Shown piece after piece: positions 27,888 to 42,568 of a DNA stretch of 64,000 nt (positions are counted from its first letter, which is position 1; every line of letters begins with the position of its first letter). Under the pieces are notes generated by a model. The model had not been told where the DNA came from, did not search any database, and saw nothing but the letters and a program-made list of their open reading frames with translations. A program made the position numbers and the translations under genes. This DNA is from Eledone cirrhosa (taxonomy: Eukaryota): NCBI GenBank assembly GCA_964016885.1, contig OZ024753.1:36704001-36768000 (forward strand), read 5' to 3'.

Positions 27888-27958
27888 TGTTGTATCTGAT
27901 GAAAACACAAATATTATTGCATGATGATATTTGTTTTTGAAATGCGCATAATAAAATA
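27888..27958 (+). ncRNA. Type I hammerhead ribozyme, canonical core
   Basis: TGTTGTAT-CTGATGA-AAA(C)ACAAATATTAT..ATGATATTTGT(T)TTT-GAAA-TGCGCA-TA-ATAAAATA. The host segment 27831-27988 lies between (TA)n tracts. Confidence 0.75.
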
Positions 27959-27986
27959 CATGGAACTCTTTTAACCATCTTTTGTT

Positions 27987-28034
<48 letters not shown>

Positions 28035-28101
28035 AGGAAAAAAGATAAAATCGGAAATGCAACTGGAGTCTTTTTTTTTTTCAAATATATATTTATTTGG
28101 T

Positions 28102-28141
28102 TCCTTTACCGGTTTCGCAGTTCTTCTGCTTTTCAAAAGTA
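28102..28141 (-). ncRNA. Minimal type I hammerhead, U3-A8 variant
   Basis: TACTT-TTGAAAA-GCAG-AAGAA-CTGC-GAAA-CCGG-TA-AAGGA. Helix III is the palindrome ACCGGT and the site is GUA. Confidence 0.7.
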
Positions 28142-28220
28142 GAATTGAGATGGAGGGTTTGTGGTTTTTCTCACACACACACACACATATATATATATAC
28201 ATATATATACATATATATAC

Positions 28221-28283
<63 letters not shown>

Positions 28284-28795
28284 ACCAAGGTTAGCTGTGT
28301 CTTTCATCCTTAACGGGTCGATAAAATAAAGTACCAGTAACGCATTGCTGTCTATGACTCTGCCACTTTAGTACTGATGAAAGAAATCAAGCTACTACTC
28401 CCACCAGATCCCCATTTTGACCAAACAACAGACTGAAAGGACACAACCAACCGTAACGTGTAGGAGAGGAAGATAGTCAAATACCAGTTCTTGACCGACT
28501 GCTTTCTTTTCGTGCTGGTCCTGTAAACAACCCAACCACCAGTGACGATTAGGGCCACTAAAGTGACCACCAATACAGCCTCCAAAATGACCAATACTGC
28601 CTTTACAATGAAACCAGTCAGTCAACCAAGAAACCAAACAATATGTCAGTTACTATGTCGTCCTTGAAAGCAATAGACCAGCCAGCCACCCAATGCGTTA
28701 ACTACCAGATTGACTAACCACAAATAGTCACCATGACTTCAGTTCTACTGACATACTGCGTAGCTATGAACAAATGAATAAGCAGTATATATAGC

Positions 28796-29175
28796 GTCGC
28801 TCGACTTGCCAGAAATAGCAACCAAATCTACCTAATCTACCTAAATTTCGTCCTAAAATAGAAAGGACAGATTGAACAATAGAGTTTTATACTTTAAAAA
28901 CGGGATGATCACAGCTGGATTGCGTTCGATCAGGGATCTGTTCGAGTAGAACTTACTCGTAACTATACAACGACGGAATCGCTCGACTTGCCAGAAATTG
29001 TAGCCAAATCTTACTCAAACCAGATCCTACCGTCTTCAATCATTAAAGGACAAACTGGATAATATAGACGTTGTTATAGAATGTTTTAAAGAAAAAGTGG
29101 AATGGTTACAGTTGGAACGCCTTTGGCAATAATAGGGTTGAATGATCGTGACAGGCCTGGTGTTAAATAACCAAC
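28796..29175 (+). repeat. Two tandem diverged copies (about 180-200 bp) of an interspersed repeat
   Basis: TCGCTCGACTTGCCAGAAAT..CCAAATCT..AAAGGACA occurs at about 28797 and about 28979. Confidence 0.65.
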
Positions 29176-30640
29176 ACGCCAGAAACCTAGACAGCAAGAC
29201 AGCCACCTCCCAGACAGTCAGTCATCCCACCTGCCAAGCACTGTGTCATTCAACGATGACGGTGTTAGTCACAATAGTTGACAAGCAGCAGCGAGGTCAT
29301 GCTACTAATTATTCAACCAACGGCCAAGTCGACCACTGAAGCAGTCACCATGTCGTGTAATATATATACACATACAGAGACATATATACAAATACATATA
29401 CACATATATATATACATATACACACACATATACACACATATATGCACACATATATAAACACACATATACATATACACGCATACATACACAGACACACATA
29501 CTGACCAACCAGCCGGTCAACCGCCAAACCAATCGACATTTCGTGTATATACAAACACACACACTCACACACTCTCTCTCACACACACACACACATACAC
29601 ACACACACTGACCATCTACCAGATCGACCAAACAACAGTAGAAATAAAATGACGAAATCCAACCTAGAAGCGTGTTTAGCATTAGTCTGACCAACTATGA
29701 ATGCTGCTAGCAGACTGACCAGATACTTGAACCATGAAACCTAACTGTTCAACACACTAGACAATATGTCAGCCACTAGTTTGACCAACAGCTTGACCAA
29801 CAAACGAAACAATCAGCCAGCTAATATGGTTGCCATTAGACTGATAAACCGTTTGACCATGAAACCAAGCTACCAATCAACGAGCCAAAAACCGGTCAAT
29901 CAGCCGATCAGTTGAATATTGACAATTAGAATGAAACATCGTGTGGCTGAGAAACTAAACAGTTAGTAGAGACAGATATATATCATATCTGACAGACGTC
30001 ATAATGACCAACAGTCTGACTACGAAACCAATTGTTTAAGTAAGGGTCAATGAAGGTGTCCCTACGTTAGTGTTTCTCAAACGTGGGGCACTTGGTTTCC
30101 AGAGGAGAAATTTTAGCTAAGGGAAAAATGTTAGTCAGAAAAAGGATGAAAACTGGTAAAGAATAGTGTACTTTGTGTATATAACAAACGAAATCCATAT
30201 ATACCCAACTATAGTGTACATTTGTACATACCAAATGAAATACCAATATATACAACTGTATGTGTAATTACATATTAACAGTTCACTACAAATATTATTA
30301 AAGTGGTTTGCTTTAATAATTAACACTAGTTTCAAGTCACAGATGATCCCGAAATAGCGGGGTCATCTAAACCACTTTAAAAAAACCATCCTTAAATCCT
30401 TCCAGTTTATGATGCAATCATTACAGATACTACTGTTCCTTCCAGAACAGATCTGGAAGCAGAGATGGTGCCTTTATATCTAGTGACCTTGGTTAACTCT
30501 ACAATTTGCCTCATATCTTCCCAGTTATATGTCCCGTTATCCCAAATAAAATAATTTCAGCATATAGTTTGGTAAGCTAACAAATCTAGTTTGTGAGAAA
30601 TAGATACATATACACACACATACGTACATACATACATACA

Positions 30641-30674
<34 letters not shown>

Positions 30675-31334
30675 CATACATACGTACATACATACGTACA
30701 TACATACGTACATACATACGTACATACATACATACATACATACATACATACATACATTCATGCATATACACATGCAGACATACATACATGCCGGCTAACG
30801 AACATGTGCGCATGCGTTTATGTGCGTGGCCCATCTGCATATCAACATACACACATACACGTGAATGTATACACGCATGAACGCAATAGTCAACGAACCT
30901 GTCTCTATGTTTATGTGTGTGTGCGCGCACGTGTGTATCGACATGAAAAGACTATCGAAAAAATAACGATGACGGCAAAAAACAAGTGGTATATATATAC
31001 ATTCATATATATATATATACACACATTCATATATACATATATATATGGGACAAAGAATGAAAGAGAGGGAGATAACTACACACAAGGTCACAAATATTAG
31101 GTGATAGGGTCAGGACATAGTTGAGTAAATCTATTGGAATACTTGACTTGTACTTATTTGGTTGACAGAGTTAAGATGAAAGACCAAGAAAGTCACACCC
31201 CATCCTCACTCTCCGATGGGAATTGAACTCAAAACGTAAAGAGATGTAACTAATTGATGCAAAACATTAAACGCTGCACTTTACAGTTTCTAACAATTAA
31301 CCACCTTTTAAACAACAACAACAACAATATTAAT

Positions 31335-31464
31335 AATGTTTTCTGAGTTAGGCACAAGGACAACAATTTTGGAGAAGAGGAAAGTGCGTTAATGGTGCTT
31401 TATTTTATCGACCTCATAAGGATGAAAGGCAAAGCTGGCCACGACGGGATTTGAGCTCAGAATG
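31335..31464 (-). mobile_element. SINE family 1, partial
   Basis: TTTATTTTATCGACCTCATAAGGATGAAAGGCAAAG..GGGATTTGAGCTCAG. Confidence 0.75.
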
Positions 31465-31466
31465 TA

Positions 31467-31676
31467 CAGGGTGAGGATAAAGTATTTCCCTTTTTGTTTC
31501 ATACATGTTATTTTGTTACTGAAAATTACAACTACTTCCTGTAGAAGAGAAAATGTAAAACATGTTCAGAAAAATTATAAACTTGAAATTTATAAATTAC
31601 ATTGAAAAAGTAAAATCTCCAATAGTATCCGAGATATGGTATCTTATAATCAGGGAAAGACTTTATGCTCACTCAA
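31467..31676. mobile_element. Tc1/mariner-type MITE (about 210 bp)
   Basis: TA-CAGGGTGAGGATAAAGTATTTCCCT versus AGGGAAAGACTTTATGCTCACTC, a 20/23 inverted match. The right terminus is eroded. Confidence 0.6.
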
Positions 31677-31974
31677 GACTTGATGTCTAATATTGTCCAT
31701 AATGATCCAAGACGTTTGGTCGTTCCAGCTTCTCCAGATTTACGAATAGCTTTGATAATTTAGCATTGTCTTTGTTGTCTTTTGATTCGTTTTGTTTCTA
31801 CGATCAGATATTTTCCATAGCTATCAAGAATAAAGCGAATCTCGACAAGACTTTAATAAAAGTCAAAACAATTCTATCCTATTTTACTTCGTAGAAGATG
31901 AAAGCCCTTTCGCTTAAGGAGTGGGTCTATATTCGTAGTAAGTCTAAACTTCCTACTTTTTGTCTTAATCCCGG

Positions 31975-32158
31975 GGGCAGTTTAGTCCATTATAGGTTTA
32001 AACCCGCAGCTATTGCTGGTACTTATTTTCAGCTCAGTATTCTCGAGCAACGTGAAATGAAATGTTTTGCTCAATCTATAGCATAACACACAACCAAGTC
32101 CAGAAATCGAACCCATGATATTATAATCGTAAGTCCAACACCCTTACCACTTGGCTAC
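31975..32158 (-). mobile_element. SINE family 2, diverged
   Basis: Minus strand reads GTAGCCAAGTGGTAAGGGTGTTGGACTTACGAT..GGGTTCGATTTCTGGAC..TTCACGTTGCTC. Confidence 0.7.
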
Positions 32159-32540
32159 TGCCAAGAAATTTAACCTCAAACTCGCTGTATTTGTAGTCCA
32201 GTAAATATAAATATATTAAAGCTGTTGCCCAAGCATGGTTATGGCCTTGAGGCCTAAAACAAACTAAATAACTAACTTAAATGTAAAAACAAGGTTGTCT
32301 CTCTGATGACCACTGGCATCTGGTCTCTGTCCCCTGAGGCATATTTGCCCATCGCTGTCTTTGACAGCATTTAGCTATTTTAACGGCTGTCCTGGCGAAT
32401 AGTTTTCTCATTTTTATATGAAATTTATATAACTAAGGAATACATACATAACTTCGTTTGTGATACAGTTATTCTTTCTAGTTCTTCCTTAATATATATC
32501 TTACCAATATCTTCCACTTTGATATATGTATGCGTGTGTA

Positions 32541-32633
<93 letters not shown>

Positions 32634-32659
32634 ATATATATATGTATTATGTATGTATG

Positions 32660-32690
<31 letters not shown>

Positions 32691-33379
32691 TCTATTAATT
32701 TATCAATCTATTAACTCAGCTGCTTCATTCGTTGTGTATGTTTTCAGCTACACACACACACACATATATATATACATATGTATGCATATATATACATATA
32801 TATACGTACATGTCCATATATATTTATGTATATATATATATATATATCCATTCGTCCTTCTTTTATTATATATATATAATATGTGTGTGTGTGTTTGTAC
32901 GATTGTATATATATATGTATATATATCTTTATAACTAAATATACATTTGTATGCATGTCTGTCTCTCCATCTGTCTGCCTGTATGTCTGGCTGGCTGATA
33001 CGCTGAATGTCTGCCTCTGTATACAATATATTATAGTTTTCATTAAGCCGTCCACCAATACCGCCATTGCCCAATAAAATATCTCTCTCTAGCTCACCGC
33101 CTTTGTGGAGCCACTTCCACACTGGTCACCACACAGTACACACTACACAGTTCACAGATCGTCAGCCATGATTTCATAGTTCAATATATATACATGGCTT
33201 CTTTTGACTTTTAACTATGGCTTCACCTCATTACTAACACACTTTTAGCACGCGATAACGCTTCTCAAATCAAAAGTCTTTGATCAAACATGGCGGTTAC
33301 TTTCCTGATTAAATTCGAAGGTAGAGTCTGCTGCTGTGGGATCTTATGGTTTATTATCATAATTTTGATAACAACAACA

Positions 33380-33383
<4 letters not shown>

Positions 33384-33458
<75 letters not shown>

Positions 33459-33560
33459 GAAGAAGAAGAAGAAGAAGAAGAAGAAAAAGAAGAAGAAGAA
33501 GAAGAAGAAGAAGAAGAAGAAGAAGAAGAAGAAGAAGAAGAGTATTATTAATAATAATAA
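33384..33560. repeat. Compound (AAT)n-(AAG)n microsatellite
   Basis: Seen directly in the sequence. Confidence 0.95.
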
Positions 33561-33855
33561 TTCTAGTAATAGTTATCTTAATAATTGAAGTGGTAGTTGT
33601 TTTTATTGTAGTAGTAGTAGTAATAGTAATAGTGGTTATTTTTGTTGTTGTTGTTGTTGTTGTTATCATTATTGTTATTATTATTAATATTATTATTATT
33701 ATCATCATCATCGTTCTCATCATTATTTAGTGATATTTTCTCATTTTAGTTCAAAATGTCTGGCTTACACGTTTATTGCCGCCATCTTTCTAATCCAGAC
33801 ATCTCCTAACATTCACGTACACACACACACACTCACACACACACACGCACACACA

Positions 33856-33939
<84 letters not shown>

Positions 33940-33992
33940 AATATATACATATATATATACTTCACATAAATATATATATATATATATAGAGA

Positions 33993-34039
<47 letters not shown>

Positions 34040-34166
34040 ATGTATGTATGTATATATATATATGTGTGTGTATCTGTATGTTTGTGCGCATTTGTGTGCT
34101 TGTGGTTATATATATACCACCATCATGTTGAGACAGAATCTTTTGCCTTCAAATGTTTACACACAG

Positions 34167-34222
<56 letters not shown>

Positions 34223-34233
34223 GTATACATTTG

Positions 34234-34338
<105 letters not shown>

Positions 34339-34363
34339 ATATATATATATATAAATATATATA

Positions 34364-34446
<83 letters not shown>

Positions 34447-34851
34447 CGCGTACATACAACGACCATCACGAAGATATCATTAATATGTTTGTTTGATACT
34501 GAGAGGAAAGCTATCAACACACCTACAAAATATAAACCCATAAACATAAACAAACTATACAAACACACAAACAAACGAAGAACTTCTATAGTGGCCTAAT
34601 GCATCAACCAATGAAATAGAGGTGTTTTCAAGTTATTTAAGCTCACAACACTAATGGCCTGTCTGAGATCAATCAGTTTGGAAATCATGTAAAAAGACGT
34701 ATACACCATTGCCTGAACGTAATTATACATAAGAAGAAATGGTTGTGATGTATGTATGTCTATATGTATGTGTGTGTGTGTGTGTGCATGCATGTTTGTA
34801 TTATGTGTGTGTCTTTGTGTGTTCTGGTTTTATTATTTTATAAACTTTTAA

Positions 34852-34990
34852 ATAGAGTTACGTCCTTTTATGATCTGAGTTCAAATCCCGCCGAGGTTAA
34901 CTTTGCCTTTCATCCTTACAGGGTCGATAAAATAAGGTACCAGTAATACACTGGGTAATTGCTGGTCTTGTGCCAAAAGTAGAAACAATT
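34852..34990 (+). mobile_element. SINE family 1, 5'-truncated
   Basis: CTGAGTTCAAATCCCGCCGAGGTTAACTTTGCCTTTCATCC..GTAGAAACAAT. Confidence 0.9.
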
Positions 34991-35184
34991 ATTTTATAAA
35001 TTTTCACCAATAAAGAGAGAGCTGTGTTCTCAGATAGAAACAAGTCTTTCAGTTATTTAGACATCAACATAGTAAATAGGTATGTATGTCTGTATTTATT
35101 AGCATGTGTGTGCCTATGTGCATGCATGTATGTGTGTTTGTTTGTGGTTATGGATAAGTATAGATGTTATTGCATGTGTGCACT

Positions 35185-35463
35185 CAAGATTTGCACAGAA
35201 GCATATTCAAATTTCCCAATGATCACATGTATAGAACTAAAGGTATAGTCAGTGTGGAGTATCTGCAGATTTCTCAATAGTTCAACATAAATGCTATCTT
35301 TTCCACAAAACTTCAGCATTATATTGACATCTGCTAGGCAGCTGATTTCCACTACTGTACATCCTTTCTTTTCTCTATCCCATATCACAACGTTTGGTCT
35401 GTTATGGTTATATTTTAATAAGGTTTTGACTTGAACGTTCCACCTGTACTCATATGTTTGCAT
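35185..35463 (-). pseudogene. Fragment of the restriction-like endonuclease domain of an R4/Dong-type non-LTR retrotransposon
   Basis: WNVQVKT..HNRP(N)VVIWDREKKGCTVVEISC(L)ADVNI..K..IY.EL..LQ..VIIG matches the RLE pattern HNRPD-x-D..E. The catalytic D appears mutated to N. Confidence 0.8.
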
Positions 35464-35823
35464 ATTATGTATGTATGTATGTATGTGATGTGATGTATCT
35501 ACTTAAAGCCAACATATTCAAAACAATATGTGCTATTTCATTATTGCCATCGAAACATACCACAACAAATATCCAGTGTAATCTTACAAGACGAATTTGA
35601 AGGATGGAAATCGTTAAATATATTATATGAAGTAGGATGAATATATTCACAGGCGTTATTGACGGTGCGAGTGTACTAGTGCATATACATTTTATGCATG
35701 TACGTATATACCTCTGTATTTTTATAGATGTGTTTGTGAAAATACATGTGTCTAAATGTGAGAGCAAGCGTGTGTGTTGGTATATATTTTTATGTATATT
35801 TACAAGCATTATTTCAATGCTGT

Positions 35824-36010
35824 GTGGATTGGCAGTATCGGTAGAGGTTCGGACGCCATGCTTTGACGCATAGAGTTACGGCCCTTGCCATTCTGAGTTC
35901 AAATCCCGCCGAGGTTAACTTTGCCTTTCATCCTTACGGGGTCGATAAAATAAAGTACCAGTAATGCACTGGGTAATTGCTGGCCTTGTGCCTAAAGTAG
36001 AAACAATTAT
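35824..36010 (+). mobile_element. Near-full-length SINE family 1 copy with target-site duplication
   Basis: ATTATTTCAATGCTGTGTG at 35808-35826 and 36006-36024. Confidence 0.92.
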
Positions 36011-36354
36011 TTCAATGCTGTGTGCGTAGGTCAATATGCGTATGAACTCACATAAAGAAAAAACTCCCCATATATATATATATATATATGGAGAGTGAGA
36101 TTATGAGTTTATGTGCGTGAAAATGTCAGTGTATATGTGTGTAGTTTGAAGAAGCCAAACAGAGATTTAAAAAGTGGAGAATTCCGTCAAAATAACCAGC
36201 ATAAAATCCTGAAGTCTCATTCATAAGGATTCTTTCTCACCGATTTTTCCGTCACTAAATTATATGAATGTTTTTTCAGAAGTATGAATGTGTATATGTA
36301 TCTGTATATTTATGTATATTTATTTGTGTATGTATATGTATGTAGCTTGGTATT

Positions 36355-36398
<44 letters not shown>

Positions 36399-37382
36399 CA
36401 TGATTATGTGTATGTGTGTGTATCTGTGTGTATGTTGCATCAAAACAAGACTTTACTCCGGTTTGATCATTTTTGAAAATACTTTATGTATTTCCCTATT
36501 AGTTATTTTTATGTTTAGTTTGGAACAGTAGCGTTTCTAAACCCATATGTTCTTTACGCTTCGCAACTTTCACAGTTCCAGTTTCAGAATGGTATGACAA
36601 TGGTCATACCAGTAACGTATTGGTCAAGAGCTTAGCAGTGTTCCTAAACTATCCTGAAATGGTAGGAAATAACTGACACCTGGTTTAAAAGTTCTCAACG
36701 ATTGGACTATGGCAGTAATTAATTGTTTTCTCGTATGCTATGTCTGCGTTGATGTTGGGTTTATATTCTGATATTAGTAGAGACTTCATAGTTGTAAGCC
36801 TTATTTTGTCTGAATTTCTATAAAAAATATTGCAGTTTTATTGACTAATGATGTCAGATCTATTTCTTTTTATTTTGTTTTGTTTTGTTCATTTATTTAT
36901 TCATTGATATCATGTACTATATGGATCTTTGTTGCGTGTGCCAGGTAAATTGATTGGATACTGTAGTACTTATGTAACTTATGTAACCCGTGTAACAATT
37001 TTAGTCATAATGTACGAGGCTGGGCTGAAATTTTCATAGGCTTACTGTCTTTTTCTTCTTCTTCTTCTTCTTCTTCTTCTTCTTCTTCTTCTTCTTCTTC
37101 TTCTTCTTCTTCTACTACTTCATCCCCCTTCTTCTCCCCCCCTTCCCTCCCCTACTACTCCCTCCACATCCACCTCCCTCCATCTCATCCTCCTCCGTCT
37201 TTTCCGTTCCTTCCTTTGAAGTCCTGCCTCTGCTTCATCTTTCTCAGTATGAATTCCTTCTCCATTCTTTGATTGAAAAATTCGCAAGAATGCTTTTGTT
37301 GACAAACTCAACTCAGCAGAAAAATATGAGTTTGTTCTGTAGAATATATTGCTAAAAGACAGATCTATCCCTATGTATATAC

Positions 37383-37524
<142 letters not shown>

Positions 37525-37832
37525 ATGTGTATATATATATATAAATATACATATATATATGTGTGCATATATATATATATATACATATATATATACATAT
37601 ATATATATGCATATATATATATGTGTGTGTGTGTGTATTTGTGTGTGTGTGTGAGTGTGTGTGCAATCATCTAGGTGTGTATATATAACTTTAAATATAC
37701 ATACTACATACTTATACGTATAATATACAATAAACACTCGGTGCCAAACACACACACACACATATATATATATATAAAGATAGATAGATAGATGCTTGTG
37801 TATGTGTATTTTATATATATATTGGTTTGTAT

Positions 37833-37903
<71 letters not shown>

Positions 37904-37989
37904 TATGTTTTTGTGTGAGTGTTTTCTAGTCAGAGACTTAATTTGATAAAGGTTTGTTGGCTGTAAAATGAAAATTCCTTCGTCTCCCC

Positions 37990-38852
37990 ACCCTTCACCA
38001 CCACCACCACAACCAGCGACACTACCACCATCAACCCAGCCAACACCCTCACCATCACCATCAACCCAGCCAACACCCTCACCATCACCACAACTAACAA
38101 CATTATCATCATTAACGCAACCGCCACACCACAACCACCACCACAATGAAAAACACAACTACCACCTCCACCACAACAATTACCGCCACCACCATCAACA
38201 ACCACTGCCACTACCACAACGAACAACACAACCACCACCACCACCACCACCACCAACACCAACACCAACAACACTACCAACATAGCCGCCACTACAACCT
38301 CTAACAACAACACCAACAACAACACCAACATCACTACCAACGTAACCACCACTACCACCACCACTAACATCAACAACAACACCACCAACATAACCCCCAC
38401 AACCACCAACAACAACACCAACAACACTACCAACTTAACCACCACTGCCACCAACAATACCAACACCGCCATCACTAACAACACTACGAACATAACCACC
38501 ACTACCACCAACACCAACAACAACAACACTACCAACATAACCACCACCAACAACACTACCAACATAACCACCACCAACAACACTACCAACATAACCACCA
38601 CCAACAACAACACCAACAACACTACCAACATAACCACCACCAACAACACTACCAACATAACCACCGACAACAACAACACCAACAACACTACCAACATAAC
38701 CACCACCAACAACACTACCAACATAACCACCACCAACAACAACACCAACATAACCACCAACATAACCAGCACCAACAACACTACCAACATAACAACCACT
38801 ACCAACACCAAGAATATCAACACCGCCATCACCAATAATAACAACAACAACA
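37990..38852. repeat. Degenerate (ACC/AAC)n low-complexity array with a 24-33-bp sub-period
   Basis: Recurrent AACACTACCAACATAACCACCACCAAC. Confidence 0.9.
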
Positions 38853-39246
38853 CTCTTTGTGAAAACCATTACTGCAGGAATTCCATACATTAATTAGCAT
38901 TTATATTATTTCTCTTAACGTCTTCCTTTAATATTTCTTTTAATATTGAACGGACAGCCGCCATAGTAGCGACAACGACAGCAATAATGCAATTATACGA
39001 TTAAGGTATGGTGTGTGGTTTCATTTTTAGGTAGTTACTTGTATCGGACTGTCTTTTCACTGAGATCTATAAATGAAAACTATTTTAGTGACGGACAAAC
39101 GAATGCTGTTTCATCATTATCATGAAGTTTAGCTTACGAAATCTATTTGCCTGATTTGTATTCTAAAGCCTTCTCTTTTTGCTTTTCATTTTGGCAAACT
39201 AAGTTTTCTCGTTTTTGTTTTTATTATTGTCTTCGTTTCGTTTTTT

Positions 39247-39277
<31 letters not shown>

Positions 39278-39397
39278 TTTGTATTTCATTCATTCAATCA
39301 TCCATTCATCAATCTATCCATTCATCCATTCAATATTATCATTATTATTGTTATCATTATTATTATTATCATTATTATTGTTATTATTGTTATTATT

Positions 39398-39805
39398 TGG
39401 AATGGCGTCGGACAGCATGCCTTTCGGAATATATTTAAGACCCTCTACTTTCTGAGTTCAAATCCCACCGATGTTAACTTTGCCTTTCATCCCTCAGAAA
39501 TCGATAAAGTAAAGCACCAGTAATGTACTGAGGTCGATTTAATCGACTCTCTCCTCCCCCAAAATTGCTGGCCTTGTGCCTAAATCAGAAACCATTATTA
39601 TTATTAATTATTATTAAGGGCGGTGGATTGGCAGTATCGGTAGAGGGTCGGACGCCATGTTTTCCAGCATAGTTACGTCCCTTTACGATCTGAGTTCAAA
39701 TCCCGCCGAGGTTGACTTTGCCTTTCATCCTTACGGGGTCGATAAAATAAAGTACCAGTAATGCACTGGGTAATTTCTGGCCTTGTGCCTACAGTAGAAA
39801 CAATT
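39398..39805 (+). mobile_element. Two tandem SINE family 1 copies joined by (ATT)n
   Basis: An older copy at 39398-39595 and a young full copy at 39616-39805 starting AAGGGCGGTGGATTGGCAGTATCGG. Confidence 0.9.
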
Positions 39806-40542
39806 ATTATTATAAATACTTAATTATTAATATTTTATTGGCGTCAAACAACATGCTTACAGCATATATTTATGACCCTCTAGTTGAGCTCACATGCTCA
39901 AAGTAACGCGAGTGAAGCGAGATTGAACCCAGAACGACATGGCTCCGAAAACGAACTTTTTCAGCATTAACCACACGACTATGTCTGAGGCCCTAAATGA
40001 GATACCGTTCTCCTTTGTAAAATTTACGGTAAATTAATGAAAAGAACGTTCTGTGGTTTGTAGAGGTTTTGAGCGATTTATATAACAAATCATATTATGT
40101 AGGAAAGTTAACTATACAAAGAGCTGTACAAAACAATACCTAAATATAATCTTTTGTAGAAGAGCAGGCTTTTGTTTGTTTTGTGTTTTTGTATATTCTA
40201 ACGGCGAAACGCTTTTAATTTGGAAAATGTTCCGATGTATTTACAAGCGAATTTCAGTAGTTTATACAAAGAAGCCAGGGGATGAAAAGGTAGTCTAAAT
40301 CTTTGTAGATAGGCTGGATGGAAACATCAAAAGACCCAACACTTAAAATCCCCCAGGAAAGGAACTTAACAAAAGACGATAATACATCTTGGTAAAATGC
40401 TGCACGTTCTTACACAATATGAAACAAATAACGTTAATAAGAGCTACAAAACGTTATATAATATAATGGTGTGAAATAAAACACGAGCATTCACACCATC
40501 TCATATATATATGTATATATATATATATATATATATAAAAAT

Positions 40543-40613
<71 letters not shown>

Positions 40614-41368
40614 TATATTATATTATATTATATTATATTATATTATATTGTATTACATTATATTATATTATATTATATTACATTATATTATAATATATAT
40701 GTCTGAGTTCAAATCCCGTTGAGGTTAACTTTGCTTTTCATCCTTACTGGGATAATTGCTGGCCTTGTGCCAAAAGTAGAAACCATTATATTATAATCTA
40801 TATGTATGTGTGTATATATGTATATATATATATATATACACAGTATATGTAAATATGTATACATACGTGTGTGTCTATGCGTGAGGGAATTTATATAAAG
40901 TTGATCTAAGTGGGATTTGAGCTCAGAGCGCAGTGAACTGGAGGGAATACGCCAAAGCATTCTATCCCACGTTCTAACGATCCTGCCAATTTGTCAGTTA
41001 CCCTTTACGCACGTACCTGCACCGAAAGTCGAGAAGAACTGAAAGAACACCGAGAATGAACCTTACATCTCAATCTCATCCGATCAACAAAAAAGAAAAA
41101 TTTTTTTCTCATTTAAAAACATCTCAAATATTTTATATTAACTTTTTGTAATCAATTTTGTAAATATATTTTATTAGTACGAATGTAATGAAATCTAATT
41201 GACTGGCGACCTTTCTTCGCCATTGAATGCAAATGACTGAGGATTTTGCATAAAAACTTTTGTTACATCAAATAATGAAGTGTCAGTCGTTCTTCTTGTT
41301 TTTATTCACGTTTATATTATATTAGTTCCTGGAAATTAAGTTTATTCTTAAAATTGCACAACGTTTGT

Positions 41369-41431
<63 letters not shown>

Positions 41432-42039
41432 ATGTATGTATATATATGTGTATATATATACATGTCTGATATATAATATCGTATTTGTGGTTTAGGAATA
41501 CTTGGCAATTTTTTTCCCTTTATGTTCGAAGTTAGAAATCTTTCTTGAACTTTTTAATTTTGATTATTCTTCCGAAATAAAAAGACACATTTTTCCTGTA
41601 ACAACTCAATCAGGTGTTTATTATAATGGGACAACCAAAGAAAAAACTTTATTTCGATCAAAGACTGCACTAATTTCGTAATGTTTATATTCATTTATTA
41701 TCTTGTAGCAACAGCATTGACATCCTGTCTGCCCTGTTACACTAACGAGGAAGATTCACCCATATACAATTTAACACAAACACAACCACACAAATAAATA
41801 TTATCCTATTCATCCATACATTGGCCTTTAACTCTAGATGGAGTCGTAAGTGCACTGTTTTCGTATACGTTTCTTGCACATTTTATCCTGGGGGAGACCA
41901 TCACTCACCTGGTCTAGACACTGCCGATTTCTTCCAGAGAAGGGGTGGCAGGGGGAGTTGGAGAGGGAGAGAGTGAGAGAAAGCTTGAATGATAAAGAAG
42001 AAGTGAGAAAGATATATAAAACGAAAATGGACTCCAGTC

Positions 42040-42185
42040 CTACACTGGCACTTTATTTATCGACGTCTAAAGGATGGAAAGCAAACTTAACTTCGGTTGA
42101 AAGTGAACTCAAAGCACAGAGAATCGGAACGAAAACCCACAAACATTCTATCTGATGTTCTAACGATTCTGACAATTCACTGCTT
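42040..42185 (-). mobile_element. SINE family 1, diverged
   Basis: CTGGCACTTTATTTATCGAC..AAGGATGGAAAGCAAACTTAACTTCGG..TGAACTCA. Confidence 0.65.
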
Positions 42186-42380
42186 CATATCAAAATACAC
42201 GGACACTAAAAAACAAACACAGGATTAATATTTAGAATTTCAATAGATTTTCTATTAGTTTTGGAAATCCTTTCCTTAAATTTGTTGTCAGCAAAACGAC
42301 TGGTGAAAAACATTCTAGTCACGTTGAGTTCAGTGAAGACATTAGAGTTTGCTTCGTGTTTTGAACGAAAAATTGGATGA

Positions 42381-42568
<188 letters not shown>

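Noticed and set aside
28369-28398. CTGATGA-AA-GAAA
   Set aside because: No helix II is possible.
32298-32410. CTGATGA followed by small hairpins
   Set aside because: No properly placed GAAA/UH or helix I.
37013-37045. Solo mariner-like TIR (TACGAGGCTGGGCTGAAA..), with a similar one near 23175-23205
   Set aside because: No partner TIR or transposase sequence was found, and it is too short to call as an element.
37930-38853. Mucin-like or poly-Val ORFs
   Set aside because: Low-complexity ACC/AAC array with stops in the Thr-rich frames and no splice or domain evidence.
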